Notes: a model not told the origin generated them from the sequence alone. A stretch of DNA of 64,000 bases from Chthoniobacterales bacterium (GCA_038207335.1 JBBQZX010000021.1:1-64000), one strand, 5' to 3'; positions 45,750-56,586 are shown, numbered from the stretch's first letter. Made by a program: numbers and translations.

Positions 45750-47222
45750 ATGATCCTGAGCACACACGAAATGCGAGAGCTGGAGGAGCGAGCTTTTGCC
45801 GATGGCGTGAGCGCGGAGTTACTGATGGATCAAGCGGGAGTGCGTATCGCGGAGGCGGTGCGGCAGTTTTTCCCAGAGCCGGGGCGGTGCGTCGCGCACT
45901 TTGGCAAAGGCCACAACGGCGGCGATGCGCTCGTTGCCGCGGGGCATCTAGCTGCGGCGGGCTGGCGAGTCGAATTAGCACCGGCGTTTCCCATCGGCGA
46001 CTGGAGCGCGCTGACTCGGAAGAGATTCGCGACGCTCGAAGATCGCGGCTCGGCGGCTGGCGGAGGCGCTCTCGTGGTGCTCGATGGGCTGCTCGGAATC
46101 GGAGCGAGTGGCGCGCTGCGAGAGCCGATCGCGGGTGCGGCGCGAGAGATCGCGCGGCTGCGGGCGGAAGAGGGCGCGCACGTTTTTGCGATCGATCTGC
46201 CGAGCGGCCTCGACGGCGATTCCGGCGATGCTGCGGACGGCGTGGTGCAGGCGGATTTCACGCTCGCGATCGGCTTTGCGAAACGCGGGCTCGTCGCCGA
46301 TGGCGCGGCGCATTTCACCGGCCGCATCGCCGTACTGCCGCTGCGAGAACTCACCGCGCGCGCCAACTTTTCCGAGGAAACCGCAACCGTCGCGACGCCT
46401 CACACGCTCGCCTCGCTGCTACCGCGGCGCAGCTTCGACATGCACAAGGGCGACTGCGGACGCGTGGCTATCGTTGCGGGTTCGCGTGGCCTCGTCGGCG
46501 CGGCGTCGATGTGCGCGGAAGCCTGTGTCCATGCGGGCGCGGGGCTCGTCACACTCCTCGTGACGGAAGACATTTACCCCATCGCCGCGGCGCTCGCTTC
46601 GCCCGAAGTCATGGTGAAGCCCGTGGCCTCTTATCTGGAATTGCTCGACCTGAAATGCGACGTCGTCGCGTTCGGTCCCGGCCTCGGGCACGCGCGGAGC
46701 GACGAACTTCTCGAGCTCATCCGGCGTGTCGAAGCGCCCATGGTCATCGACGCGGACGGCCTCAACGCTCTCGCCGCAAGCATCCAGACTCTCGATGCCT
46801 GCGCCGGCCCGCGACTGCTCACGCCGCACCCCGGCGAGATGGCGCGGCTTGCTCCTGCTTCGCGCAAAATGCTGCGCTGCAAGACGGTCGAGACATTCAC
46901 TCAGAAGTACGCGCACACCCTGCTGCTGAAAGGCGCGCGCACGCTCATCGGCGAGCGCGGACGCCCGCTCAGCTACAACTCCACCGGCTCGCCCGGCATG
47001 GCCACCGGCGGCATGGGCGACCTCCTCACCGGCGTCTGCGCCGCCCTCGCCGCGCAGCATCTCGCGCTCTTCGATGCCGCGCGCCTCGGAGCATGGCTCT
47101 GCGGGCGCGCCGCCGAACTCGCCATTTTCTCCGACTCCGAGTCTGAGGAATCGCTCAGCGCCACAAACCTCCTTCCGCACCTCGGCGCGGCATTTCGCGA
47201 ACTGCGCGCGCGCTCATACTGA
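45750..47222 (+). CDS. nnr: Bifunctional NAD(P)H-hydrate epimerase/dehydratase (YjeF)
   Basis: GKGHNGGD, DLPSGL, HKGDCG, GPGLG, IDADGL, LTPHPGE, LKGA, ATGGMGD. Confidence 0.96.
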   Translation: MILSTHEMRELEERAFADGVSAELLMDQAGVRIAEAVRQFFPEPGRCVAHFGKGHNGGDALVAAGHLAAAGWRVELAPAFPIGDWSALTRKRFATLEDRGSAAGGGALVVLDGLLGIGASGALREPIAGAAREIARLRAEEGAHVFAIDLPSGLDGDSGDAADGVVQADFTLAIGFAKRGLVADGAAHFTGRIAVLPLRELTARANFSEETATVATPHTLASLLPRRSFDMHKGDCGRVAIVAGSRGLVGAASMCAEACVHAGAGLVTLLVTEDIYPIAAALASPEVMVKPVASYLELLDLKCDVVAFGPGLGHARSDELLELIRRVEAPMVIDADGLNALAASIQTLDACAGPRLLTPHPGEMARLAPASRKMLRCKTVETFTQKYAHTLLLKGARTLIGERGRPLSYNSTGSPGMATGGMGDLLTGVCAALAAQHLALFDAARLGAWLCGRAAELAIFSDSESEESLSATNLLPHLGAAFRELRARSY

Positions 47223-47340
47223 TCTCCTTAATCTCCTGCCCCTCGCGCGAAGCAACCGCGCGCCCGGCGATCCGCGAATCTGCATTGCCCTGACGAGCCC
47301 GCTTTGAGCGATGTGCAGGGAAATTCAAACAAACCAAAAT

Positions 47341-47796
47341 ATGAAATCACAACTCCACAAAATCACCGGCGCGATCCTCGCAGCCACCGCCCTCGCTTGC
47401 GTTTCCTCGTTTGCGCAGTCGGCGGTCACAACCACCAGCACCACCACCACGGCAGGCACCATTAGCGACTTCAGCCCGGACACCATCGTCGTCCGCACCG
47501 AGTCCAGCCCGGAGCCCATCCGCTACAGCTACTCGAAGACCACGACGTACGTCGATGACTCCGGAACTCCCGTGTCGCTCGAACTCGTGAAAAGCGGTCT
47601 GCCCGTCACGGTCAGCTACATCAAGGAAGGCGACCACATGGTGGCCAACCGCGTCATCGTCCACAAGAAGACGACCACGACCACGACGGATGGCGGCACC
47701 GCAGTAGTCGAGAAAAAGCGCACTACCATTACCGACGACGCGCCTGCAGTCATCGAGAAAAAGTCCACCACGACGACCACCTCGGAGACCAAGTAA
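47341..47796 (+). CDS. Secreted Thr-rich hypothetical protein (possible OB-fold core)
   Basis: Signal peptide ending SFA, Thr-rich flanks and host-like codon usage. Confidence 0.8.
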   Translation: MKSQLHKITGAILAATALACVSSFAQSAVTTTSTTTTAGTISDFSPDTIVVRTESSPEPIRYSYSKTTTYVDDSGTPVSLELVKSGLPVTVSYIKEGDHMVANRVIVHKKTTTTTTDGGTAVVEKKRTTITDDAPAVIEKKSTTTTTSETK

Positions 47797-47824
47797 ATCT
47801 AGGCCCGTTTCAACCCCCAACCCT

Positions 47825-47859
47825 AAAAACCCGCGAAGTTTTTACTTCGCGGGTTTTTT
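47825..47859 (+). terminator. Intrinsic (likely bidirectional) terminator
   Basis: AAAAACCCGCGAAGT-TTTT-ACTTCGCGGGTTTTTT perfect hairpin with A/T tracts. Confidence 0.92.
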
Positions 47860-47957
47860 GTGAAACGAAACAACAAATGCAAAAAAATTCCCGCCAGCAG
47901 AAACGCTCACCGCGCCCTCCGCGCGCGAACCAAACACAGCAACCCACACAAGCCGAC

Positions 47958-48212
47958 ATGGACACACAGAACTACCCGCAAAACTTCGATGAATTCCGTC
48001 ACCGCACGGAGGACTACGTGCGCGATGAACCGACCAAAGCCGTTGGCCTCGCCGTGCTCGCCGGAATCGTCCTCACCATCTTCCCGGTTTTCAGCATCAT
48101 CACCGGCATCCTTCGCCTCATCCTCACGCTCGCCCGTCCAGCGCTTCTCATCCTCGGCGGCATGAAGCTCTACGAGGAGATCGACAAACGCTGCTGCAAA
48201 AACGGCGAATAA
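47958..48212 (+). CDS. Small membrane protein (DUF883/ElaB-like)
   Basis: EDYVRDEPTKAVGLAVLAG motif. Confidence 0.7.
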   Translation: MDTQNYPQNFDEFRHRTEDYVRDEPTKAVGLAVLAGIVLTIFPVFSIITGILRLILTLARPALLILGGMKLYEEIDKRCCKNGE

Positions 48213-48230
48213 TCCACTCCCCTCCCAGCC

Positions 48231-48575
48231 ATGAAAACTCACAACTACCCGGTGCATTCCGACCCGCCCGCGCGCGGCTTCGCGGAGCAGGCTGATCTCG
48301 CACTTCGCGAAAACCCCATTCCGGCCATCATCACCGCCGTCGCCCTCGGCTTCGGAATCGGGCTGCTCGTCCGGTTTCTCCAACCCGAGCCTCACCATCT
48401 CCGCGACTACGTGGATGAAAGTCGCGGCTATTTCCGTTCTGCGATCAAGCCGTGGAAAAAGAAAGTCCACCGCGCTTATGACACCTCGTCGAAAGCCATC
48501 CACAATGCCGCCGACGACCTCCGCGACATCGATCTCGACCCCGTCGCGAAATGGTGGAAGCGCCTCTGGGCGTGA
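48231..48575 (+). CDS. Small membrane protein (DUF883-like motif)
   Basis: LRENPIPAIITAVALGFGIGLLV. Confidence 0.7.
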   Translation: MKTHNYPVHSDPPARGFAEQADLALRENPIPAIITAVALGFGIGLLVRFLQPEPHHLRDYVDESRGYFRSAIKPWKKKVHRAYDTSSKAIHNAADDLRDIDLDPVAKWWKRLWA

Positions 48576-48611
48576 GCGAGAGTCAGGTCAGTCTCGGATT
48601 CTAGCCGCGCG

Positions 48612-49196
48612 TCAAGGACGCACCCCGGCAGGCCTCGGCGGGAGACTTGAGCGGTTCTTCTTCGCTTCCTCTGCTTCCTTGATCTGGGCCAAAAGCGCGT
48701 CCTTCTCGCGAAAGTCGTAACCTTTCCAATCCGTCGCGCCGCGCTGCGGATACGTCTCCGTGGAGAGCTTGTGCGAATCCCCGAAGACCAGAATCGCCAT
48801 TCGCCACTTCCCTTCCTTGCTCGCCGTGTCGATCGGCACAAACACATCGATATTCGCGTGCGCTTTTAACAACGGCGGCAATCCATACGACCCGTCGGCA
48901 TGGTTTGCATTCGGGATGGTCGAGCAGTGCGAGAGTTCCTTCTTGTCGTTGTCGAAAAAGTAAGCGCGGCCGACGATCTCACTCCCCTTTACGTCACGGC
49001 TGGTTCGCAGGCTCACCTTGAGGCACGGCCATTTAATCCGAAAGACGCCGTCCGCCGCGATCCAGTTATCGAAAGTGAACTCCCGCACGCTGACGATCGT
49101 GACGACGGGCACGCTCGATGCCGGTGCTGGCGGCTCCGCGGAAAGTGGAAGCGCCGCGACCAAGCCCAAGACAAAGGAGACAGTAAGAGCATTCAT
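48612..49196 (-). CDS. Secreted hypothetical protein
   Basis: Signal peptide MNALTVSFVLGLVAALPLSA and globular composition. Confidence 0.65.
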   Translation of the reverse strand: MNALTVSFVLGLVAALPLSAEPPAPASSVPVVTIVSVREFTFDNWIAADGVFRIKWPCLKVSLRTSRDVKGSEIVGRAYFFDNDKKELSHCSTIPNANHADGSYGLPPLLKAHANIDVFVPIDTASKEGKWRMAILVFGDSHKLSTETYPQRGATDWKGYDFREKDALLAQIKEAEEAKKNRSSLPPRPAGVRP

Positions 49197-49338
49197 GCGT
49201 GGGAGAATCTGGAGTGTGATCACATTTCGGATTGGTTCAAAAATTGCACCTGACTCCTGTCGGCAAATGGAGTCAAGGCATCCGCATCCTCCCGTATTTG
49301 CGCTCGACCGCCGCGGTTCCTTTCGCAAACGTCGCCTC

Positions 49339-50559
49339 GTGCGTTTCCCCTCGCTCGTCCTCCTCACGCTGCTTTGCGTCGTTGTGCTCGGTCGCGCGGA
49401 GGACTGGCCGCAATTTCGCGGCCCCACCGGTCTCGGCTACACGACGGAAAAGGCGCTCCCTACGACTTGGAACGCAGCCACCGGCGAGCACATCGCGTGG
49501 CGCGCGGCGTTGCCGAAAAGCGACGGCGCTTACTCGTCGCCCATTATCGTCGGCGACCGCGTCATCGTCACCTGCGCCTCGAATCAGCCCGTGACGCATC
49601 GCGTCCTTTGCTTTGCGAAAGCGGACGGCCGCGCGCTGTGGGACACGGCCATCGAGCCCGGGCCGTGGATTCTCACTGACCACCGCGGCGGCTACGGTGC
49701 GCCGACTCCGTGCAGCGACGGCAAGCAAATCTACGCCGTCTTTGGCTCCGCCGTCATCGCCGCGCTCAACCTCGATGGCCATCTCGTCTGGCGCCAACCC
49801 ATCGAGCCGCACGCCTTCGACGTCGCCCTCGGTAGCAGTCCGATTCTTTTCAGAGACACCGTCATCCTCGACTGCGACCAGACCGGCAAAACCTCCCACT
49901 TTCTCGCGCTCCAGACCCGCGACGGCGCCGTCCGCTGGAAAGCCGAACGCCCAGCGCAGAGCTTCGCCCACAGCACCCCCGTCATCGTCCAAATCGCCGG
50001 CAAACCCCAGATGCTCGTCAGCGCCTCCAACGCCCTCCAAGGCCTCGACCCCGCCGACGGCCACATCCTCTGGAGCTGCGCCGCGCAGGGCGACGCCGCC
50101 TCTCCGGCCTTCGCAGAAGGCCTCGTCTTCAGCGACAGCGGGCGCGGTGGCAAAGCCGTCTGTGTCGATCCCACCGGTAACGGCGACATCACCGCCACGC
50201 ACCTCCGCTGGACCATCCCGCAAATCCCCGAGGGCCTCTCCTCCGCCATCATCGTCGGCGGTCGCGTGTGGCGCACGCACAGTCCCTCCATCCTGAAGTG
50301 CTTCGACCTCGCCACCGGCAAAATCGTCTTCGCCGAGCGCATCTCCGGCCTCTCCCCGTGGCCCAGCCCCATCGCCACCGCCAATGGTCTCCTCTACTTT
50401 GCCTGCGCCGGGAAGACCGTCGTGGTGAAAGTGGCTGCCCCTCTTGAAATCGTCGCCACCAACGACCTCGGCGAAGAAGACCGCGCCAGCGCCGCGGTCA
50501 GCGACGGCCACCTCTTCATCCGTGGTGACAAAACCCTCTTCTGCATCGGCCCCAAATAA
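49339..50559 (+). CDS. PQQ-binding-like beta-propeller repeat protein
   Basis: EDWPQFRGPTG, SSPII, PTPCSDG, HSTPV, LFIRGDKTLFCIG. Confidence 0.9.
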   Translation: MRFPSLVLLTLLCVVVLGRAEDWPQFRGPTGLGYTTEKALPTTWNAATGEHIAWRAALPKSDGAYSSPIIVGDRVIVTCASNQPVTHRVLCFAKADGRALWDTAIEPGPWILTDHRGGYGAPTPCSDGKQIYAVFGSAVIAALNLDGHLVWRQPIEPHAFDVALGSSPILFRDTVILDCDQTGKTSHFLALQTRDGAVRWKAERPAQSFAHSTPVIVQIAGKPQMLVSASNALQGLDPADGHILWSCAAQGDAASPAFAEGLVFSDSGRGGKAVCVDPTGNGDITATHLRWTIPQIPEGLSSAIIVGGRVWRTHSPSILKCFDLATGKIVFAERISGLSPWPSPIATANGLLYFACAGKTVVVKVAAPLEIVATNDLGEEDRASAAVSDGHLFIRGDKTLFCIGPK

Positions 50560-51519
50560 ATGAAACTCCTCCCTCTCGCAGCACTCCTCCTCCTCGCCGT
50601 CGCCGCTTCCGCCGCCGACTGGGAAAACATCTCCGACGCCACCACCGCCCAAGTCAAACCCGGCTACGGTGGCCCCACCTCCGGAGTCGTCGCCGACCGC
50701 ACCAATGGCGACCTCTTCATGGTCATCAGCGACCAGGGCCTCTGGCGCAGCACCGACCACGGCGCCACTTTCACCCGCTGCGACGGCGGCGCGATTGGTG
50801 GCCGATGCGAGACCGGTTGGGCGCTCCAAGCCGACACCGCCGGCAGCCGCCTCGCCTGCTTCATGATCTACGGCAGCAGCGGCATGAGCACCGACCGCGG
50901 CGCGACTTGGACGAAATTCAAAACCACCCACCTCGACTTCGGCGCCGTCGATTGGGCCGACACCGCGCATCGCCTCCTCGCCATCCGACACGAGAGCGGC
51001 GGCATGCTCACCACCAGCCCTGACGCCGGCACCACTTGGACCGACCTCGGCAAAGACTACACCGGTTGCGGCGTCCTCGATTCCCACACCTTCCTCGCCA
51101 CCAAAACCGCCGAACCCGGCATCTTCCGCAGCACCGATGCCGGGGTCACGTGGACCCGTGTCTTCGAGCAAACCCCAGCTGCCCCCGTCCCCGTCCTCTT
51201 TGATAAAGTCGCCTACTGGCTTGCCGGCAAAACCCTCCTCGTCAGCCGCGACCTCGGTGCCACTTGGTCTGCGCTCCCAGGCGTGGTCGAGGCCAGTTAC
51301 GGTCCCTACTTCGCCGACGCCCAACACTTCACCGTCGTTGGACCCAAAGGCTTCCTCGAAACCAGCGACGCCGGCACCACTTGGACCCCCGCTGCTCCAC
51401 TGCCGTCCGGCTTCAAAATCCAGCGCGTCGGCCCGAACTTCGCCTGGGATCCCCGCGCCGACCTCTTCTACGCCTCCGCCATGACCCGACCCACCTTCCG
51501 GCTCACTCGAGGAAAGTAG
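50560..51519 (+). CDS. Secreted BNR/Asp-box beta-propeller (sialidase-like) protein
   Basis: Repeated S/T-x-D-x-G-x-T-W boxes. Confidence 0.85.
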   Translation: MKLLPLAALLLLAVAASAADWENISDATTAQVKPGYGGPTSGVVADRTNGDLFMVISDQGLWRSTDHGATFTRCDGGAIGGRCETGWALQADTAGSRLACFMIYGSSGMSTDRGATWTKFKTTHLDFGAVDWADTAHRLLAIRHESGGMLTTSPDAGTTWTDLGKDYTGCGVLDSHTFLATKTAEPGIFRSTDAGVTWTRVFEQTPAAPVPVLFDKVAYWLAGKTLLVSRDLGATWSALPGVVEASYGPYFADAQHFTVVGPKGFLETSDAGTTWTPAAPLPSGFKIQRVGPNFAWDPRADLFYASAMTRPTFRLTRGK

Positions 51520-51600
51520 CACCTCTCGGAAAAATCCATTTGCGCCGTGCGTCAGATTCGCATTGCAGCGTTGGGCTTCGTCCCCGTTCCCCTCCTATCT

Positions 51601-52758
51601 ATGAAACATCGTCTTTACCTTGCATTCGCGGCCTTCCTCAGCGCGACGGGCGTCGCCGACCTCCGAGCGCAGACCCTCGCCGACCCGAGCTTCGAGTCGG
51701 TTCAGCAGGGGGGTGCAAATTTCTACTACCAGCCCACCGGCTTCCCATGGAGTTTCACCTCCACCTCCGGCGTCATCCAGCCCCCCAGCGCTTTTGCGGG
51801 TCCCACCACCGGCTTTAATGGCACCCAATACGCCTTTCTCCAGACCAACACCGGCAGTCCTAGCTCCAACGGTGCCGGCGGCCTCATCTCACAGACTGTC
51901 AATTTCCCGAGCGCGGGCAACTACCGGCTCTCCCTAATAAACGCTTACCGGGGAACTCAATCCGCCGCCCGCTACGCCGTCCAGATCGACGGCGTCACCG
52001 TCACCTCCTCCGTGGGCGCCTTCAATAGCGCCTTCACCGCGAATCAGATCAACTTCGCCGCCCCTGCCGGTTCTCACACCTTCTCCCTCATCTCCACCGG
52101 GCCCACCGACTCCACCACATTTGTGGACCAGCTCGCCCTCTCCGTCGCCAATGGCGGCTTCAGCATCGGCACCTTCACCGGCGACGCCGACTCCGGCGTC
52201 TCCACCTCGAAGACCTACACCCACGCCATCGATCTCGATGGCTCCGGTGGCAACGTCAATGGCGTCACCTTTTCCCCCGGAGGCACCGGCGCCCAAGCCA
52301 CCTACACCCTCTCTGGAGCCGGAACGCCCAACGCCAGCCTCACCACCAACACTCTCACCGGCACGATGCACTCCATCGCCACCGACTTCTTCTACGGCGG
52401 CAATCCGGCCACCCTCACCCTCTCCGGCCTCACCGTCGGCAAACAATACCTCACCACCTTCTACGCCGCCGGCTTTGGCGCCGCCGGGGGCCGTCTCCAG
52501 ACCGCCTCCGACAGTCTGGGCAACGTCATCTACTTCGATGAAGACGCCGCCGGCCAGAACAACGGCACCCTTTTGCGCGACGCCTTCACCGCCACCGCCA
52601 GCACCGTTACCTTCACCTTCACACCGACTGTAGCCGGCAATACCTACCACTTCTACGGTTTCAGCAACGAAGTCGTCCCCGAGCCCGGCACCCTCGGCCT
52701 CCTCGCCTGCGCCGCCACCGGCCTTCTCGCCCGCCGTCGCCGCAGCGCTGCGCAGTAA
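51601..52758 (+). CDS. PEP-CTERM surface protein with carbohydrate-binding-like domains
   Basis: Signal peptide, DPSFE..., YTHAID, and C-terminal VPEPGTLGLLACAATGLLARRRR. Confidence 0.9.
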   Translation: MKHRLYLAFAAFLSATGVADLRAQTLADPSFESVQQGGANFYYQPTGFPWSFTSTSGVIQPPSAFAGPTTGFNGTQYAFLQTNTGSPSSNGAGGLISQTVNFPSAGNYRLSLINAYRGTQSAARYAVQIDGVTVTSSVGAFNSAFTANQINFAAPAGSHTFSLISTGPTDSTTFVDQLALSVANGGFSIGTFTGDADSGVSTSKTYTHAIDLDGSGGNVNGVTFSPGGTGAQATYTLSGAGTPNASLTTNTLTGTMHSIATDFFYGGNPATLTLSGLTVGKQYLTTFYAAGFGAAGGRLQTASDSLGNVIYFDEDAAGQNNGTLLRDAFTATASTVTFTFTPTVAGNTYHFYGFSNEVVPEPGTLGLLACAATGLLARRRRSAAQ

Positions 52759-52856
52759 TCACCGGCCAGTCCGCAGTGGGTCCGTTGCGCACAAAATTCT
52801 CTGCATCACGTTTGCAAAAACCCCGAGTTTGCTTCAATGCGACCCTCTTTTTCGCC

Positions 52857-53285
52857 ATGAAAAGCACACACGCCCGCTGCCTCCCCTTCCTCTGCCTTTT
52901 CCCGCCGCCGTGCCTGCGTGGGCTGGCACGTTGAAACGCGGTCGTTACAGTGGAACCTGCGTCTTTACTCAGACCCTTGCCGAGAGCGGTATCGTCGTGA
53001 AAAAGACGTTCGCCGTCACCGGCCGCATCCGCGATAATTTCACCTGCATCTTTCTTGGCGTCCCCCTCGGGGTCGCCACCAATCGCGTCGATAGGCGACT
53101 TTTCAGTGGCACCATCAATGTCGGTCTCAGTAAATTTAGCGGCCTCAGAGGCACCGATAACGACGGCAATACATTCAGTTGTCAGAACCGGCGGCACCCT
53201 GCGGCTCGCCTGGACCTTCCATCACGGCCAGACGTTCGGCGATACGGTCAACCGTCGCGCATCTCACGGCGATAGGGGGCGCTAG
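52857..53285 (+). pseudogene. Frameshifted secreted hypothetical protein
   Basis: The signal peptide MKSTHARCLPFLCL continues as AAVPAWA-GTLKRGRYSG only after a frame change at about 52900. A second probable shift lies near 53177. Confidence 0.55.
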
Positions 53286-53291
53286 AGGCGG

Positions 53292-53669
53292 CTACTTCAT
53301 CGAGTGCAGGCCGATGAGATTGCCCTCCGTGTCGAGAACGAGCGCGATGAAGCCCCATTGCCCGATGGGAGACTTCTCCTTCTGGATGCGCCCGCCATTC
53401 TCGACCGCGCGCGCCGCCTCAATGGCGCAATCTTCGCACGAGAAATAGACGAGCGACCCTCCGACGCCGGAGTCCTTGCCGTCCATCTTCACGAGCGCGC
53501 CTGCACAGCCGCCGCCTTCGTGACTCATGGGGAAGGCGAACAGCTCCACGCCGGAAGCTTCGAGGCGCTCGAAGGTGGTCTGGAGGGTCTTTTGGTAGAA
53601 GGTCTTGGCGCGATCCATGTCCTGGACATAGATCTCGAACCAGCCGACGGGATTGCGTTCAGGATTCAT
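53292..53669 (-). CDS. VOC/glyoxalase family protein
   Basis: NPVGWFEIYVQDMDRAKTFY and DTEGNLIGLHS. Confidence 0.92.
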   Translation of the reverse strand: MNPERNPVGWFEIYVQDMDRAKTFYQKTLQTTFERLEASGVELFAFPMSHEGGGCAGALVKMDGKDSGVGGSLVYFSCEDCAIEAARAVENGGRIQKEKSPIGQWGFIALVLDTEGNLIGLHSMK

Positions 53670-53729
53670 AGTTGGGAGTTCGGTTAAACGTTCGAGATTA
53701 CTTCGCACCGCATCGGGCCGCCGGTCGCG

Positions 53730-54440
53730 CTACACCTCGCGGATCGTGAAATCCCCCGTCGTCGGAGAAAGCTCGATCGGCGCGTCGGGCGTCGCGGCGG
53801 TGGTGAGGTGCGCGGTGTAGCCGAGCGCTTTCACCTTGCCGATTTGCCCGGCGGTGAAGCCAAAGTGACGCCGCTCCCGGCGCTTCCGCTGATCGTCCCT
53901 TTGATCATGCTCGCGATCCGCGGGATGATTGCCGTCAGGAAGTTATTGATCATCGTGTTGCCCGTCGTGCCGAAGCCCGCCGCGCCGCCGTCATTGATCC
54001 CCGCGGTCACCGAGCTCGCGATCCAATCGCCCCCGACGGAGATCGCGCCGATTTGTGCGTTTCCATTGAAGCCGCTGGTATCCGTGTCGGAGGGCCGGAA
54101 GCCGCCCAGAATTTTCGCGAATTCCACACGGCCTCCCACCTTTACATTGCCGATCGCGAGGTCGGTCGTGGCGTCGGTGGGCAGGTGAAGGTGGCCGCTC
54201 CCCGTGATCAGGACGAAGCTCGACTGCCCGGCGATATCATTCCCGATAAGGCTGCCTTTCACCGTGACCGGCCCGAGGGCGTAGCAAGCGCGGATCGCCT
54301 CGCAATTCGTCAGCGTGCCGCTGCTGGCGTCGAGCCCGGCGATGATCGAATCCCCCACCGTCACACTCGCGATGTCCCCGCCGAAGCTGATGATCGACCC
54401 CACGCGGTCGAGCGAGACGGAGCCGGTGATGCTCCCTCCG
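53730..54440 (-). pseudogene. 3' remnant of a large beta-helical repeat surface protein
   Basis: I..V.V.G-type repeats with no start or signal peptide. A frameshift at about 53868 joins to HFGFTAGQIG...PIELSPTTGDFTIREV* (stop 53730-53732). Confidence 0.7.
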
Positions 54441-54733
54441 GGGATGCGCCTATCCAACCCGCCCCGTGAGGCGGGTCGAGCAAGAACCCCGGCGGGCAAT
54501 GAAAACGTGGGCGATCACGCCGCGCGGAGCTTCATTTGGTAGAGGAGGAGCAAAATGAGGATGCCGCCATCAATCACGAAAGCGGACTTGATTGGCTGCG
54601 CGATCTCTCCTGGCAGCTATGGACATCTCCTCGACGCAGCGAAACATCCACGTTTCTATCCGCTCTCGGAAGAGTGCAGCGTGGAATGAGCCAGACTCCT
54701 CATCGCCAAACAACGCGAACTCCTCCGTGCCGG

Positions 54734-55708
54734 ATGACTCTCACCCGATCCCGACTGCTCCCCATCACGCGAATCGTTGCTGCGGGCATGGCGATTAGCG
54801 GCTTTCTCGCAGTCGCGATTGGATTCTTCGGCGATGTTCATTGGTATGCCGATCTCTTCTCGCATCTGCGACCGCAGTATTGCGTCTGGCTTGGCCTTGC
54901 GATCATTGCCGCGACGCTTGCCAGACGGTGGATTGCCTTGGGCGTGGCGCTCGCCGCTTTGATCGCAAACTGCGTCGCTCTCGCCCCATACTCCGTCCCG
55001 TGGCATGACTCGCAGGCTGCGCAGCCGTGCGGGCGCCCGTGGACATTCGTCACGATCAACCTCCTCTACGGCAACCGGCAGCATTCGCTCGTCTCGGAGT
55101 ATCTGCGGCGCGAAAAGGCGGACGTGGTCGTCTTCGAGGAGGTTTCGGCCTACTGGCAGGCAGAGCTCGAGGAACTCAGCGATCTTTACCCCTACCGCTC
55201 CACGAAAGTCGCCAAGGACAGCTTTGGCATCGCGATTTTTTCCCGTCAGGAGCCGCTGAAGGTCGCCATTCGGCAAGTGGGAGAACGCGAAGGCGACGTG
55301 GCAGTCTTCGGGACTTGGGAGAGCGACGGGAAGCGCTTTGGCCTCGTCGGCGTCCACCCGGACAAGCCCGACGACGCGTGGAAGGTCCGCAACCGGCGCG
55401 TGTATCTCGGTAACGTCGCGCAGTGGTGCAACGATCAAACGAAGGCCGGCAGGCCGCTGCTTGCCATCGGCGACTTCAACGCCACCCCGTGGTCGGCGTC
55501 ACTCCGATCGTTCGTCCGTGACACGGATCTTCGCAACGCCAACCAAGGCACGATCTTCGGAGCCACATGGAATCTCTGGCAACCGCACCGCCTCTTGATC
55601 GACCACGTCTTTCTCTCCCCTCAGTGGACGCTACTCCACCGCGAGGTCGGGCCCGACATCGGCTCGGATCACCGTCCGCTCCTCATACGCGCCGCCCTGA
55701 AGCTCTGA
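54734..55708 (+). CDS. Endonuclease/exonuclease/phosphatase family membrane protein
   Basis: Three TM segments, TINLL..N, DVVVFEE, GDFNATPWS, IDHV, GSDHRP. Confidence 0.9.
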   Translation: MTLTRSRLLPITRIVAAGMAISGFLAVAIGFFGDVHWYADLFSHLRPQYCVWLGLAIIAATLARRWIALGVALAALIANCVALAPYSVPWHDSQAAQPCGRPWTFVTINLLYGNRQHSLVSEYLRREKADVVVFEEVSAYWQAELEELSDLYPYRSTKVAKDSFGIAIFSRQEPLKVAIRQVGEREGDVAVFGTWESDGKRFGLVGVHPDKPDDAWKVRNRRVYLGNVAQWCNDQTKAGRPLLAIGDFNATPWSASLRSFVRDTDLRNANQGTIFGATWNLWQPHRLLIDHVFLSPQWTLLHREVGPDIGSDHRPLLIRAALKL

Positions 55709-55770
55709 AAGTCGCGATCGGGAGTTCAACCCAGAGCCCATCCGAGAGGGAAATGCTCGCGCCGCGACCA

Positions 55771-56373
55771 TTATTCCGGGCGGATCATCTCAAAGCGGTC
55801 GCTGGTCCGGCAGTACCAGTGCGGGCTTGCCATGCGGCCGATGACTTGGTAGCGCTCGCCGCGGATTCGGAGCGTCGCGGGGTCGATCAGTTCCTCCCGA
55901 ATGTGCGCGCGCTTCACCAACCCGATCACGAGGCGGTTCCCGCCGATCTGCAGAGTGCCCCACTCCACGCATTCGAGGCTCGCGGGCGCGGCGGCGATTC
56001 GCGGCACCTTTACCGCGGAGCCCGGCACAGTCGCCAACCCCGCCGCGACCACCTCGCTCTTGCCAAAAGGCAGCGTCGCCGCCGTCGCATTCATCGCCTC
56101 GGCGAGCGCTTCATCCACTAGATTCACCACGAACTCATGCCCCGCGCGGATATTCCTCGCCGTATCCTTCGGCGTCCCGTCGTCACGATCCCCGGGGCAA
56201 AATCCCACAATCGGCGGGTTCGCCCCGAGCACGTTGAAAAAGCTGAACGGCGCGGCATTCACCGCTCCATCCGGCCCCAGCGTCGTCACCCATGCGATGG
56301 GCCGCGGCGTCACCAGAGACGCTAGGATCGCATACGCGCGACCCGCATGTTCACCTTCGAGATCGAGTTCCAT
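55771..56373 (-). CDS. Flavin reductase family protein
   Basis: PRPIAWVTT, NAAPFSFFN, KDTARNI, EFVVN. Confidence 0.92.
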   Translation of the reverse strand: MELDLEGEHAGRAYAILASLVTPRPIAWVTTLGPDGAVNAAPFSFFNVLGANPPIVGFCPGDRDDGTPKDTARNIRAGHEFVVNLVDEALAEAMNATAATLPFGKSEVVAAGLATVPGSAVKVPRIAAAPASLECVEWGTLQIGGNRLVIGLVKRAHIREELIDPATLRIRGERYQVIGRMASPHWYCRTSDRFEMIRPE

Positions 56374-56586
56374 GCGAGTGAAACGTCCCGCGCCCCGGCC
56401 CCGGCCTTGCGGCGAATTCAGTGCCACGGCATTTCGATAGCGCCCAGAGGGAAGACCGCGAAATCGTTTCGTGCGTGAATTTTTTTGCTTTCACGGGTGT
56501 GGTGCGCTTCATTCCGCGCGCTTGCAAGAAAGGCGGCTTGTCAAGGCAGTGCTCGGTGCCCGCCGGTCGGTCTCAAGTTCCCTTGC

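Noticed and set aside
49339..50559. bamB or PQQ dehydrogenase assignment
   Set aside because: Generic PQQ-like propeller of a family expanded in PVC bacteria; no lipobox or catalytic evidence.
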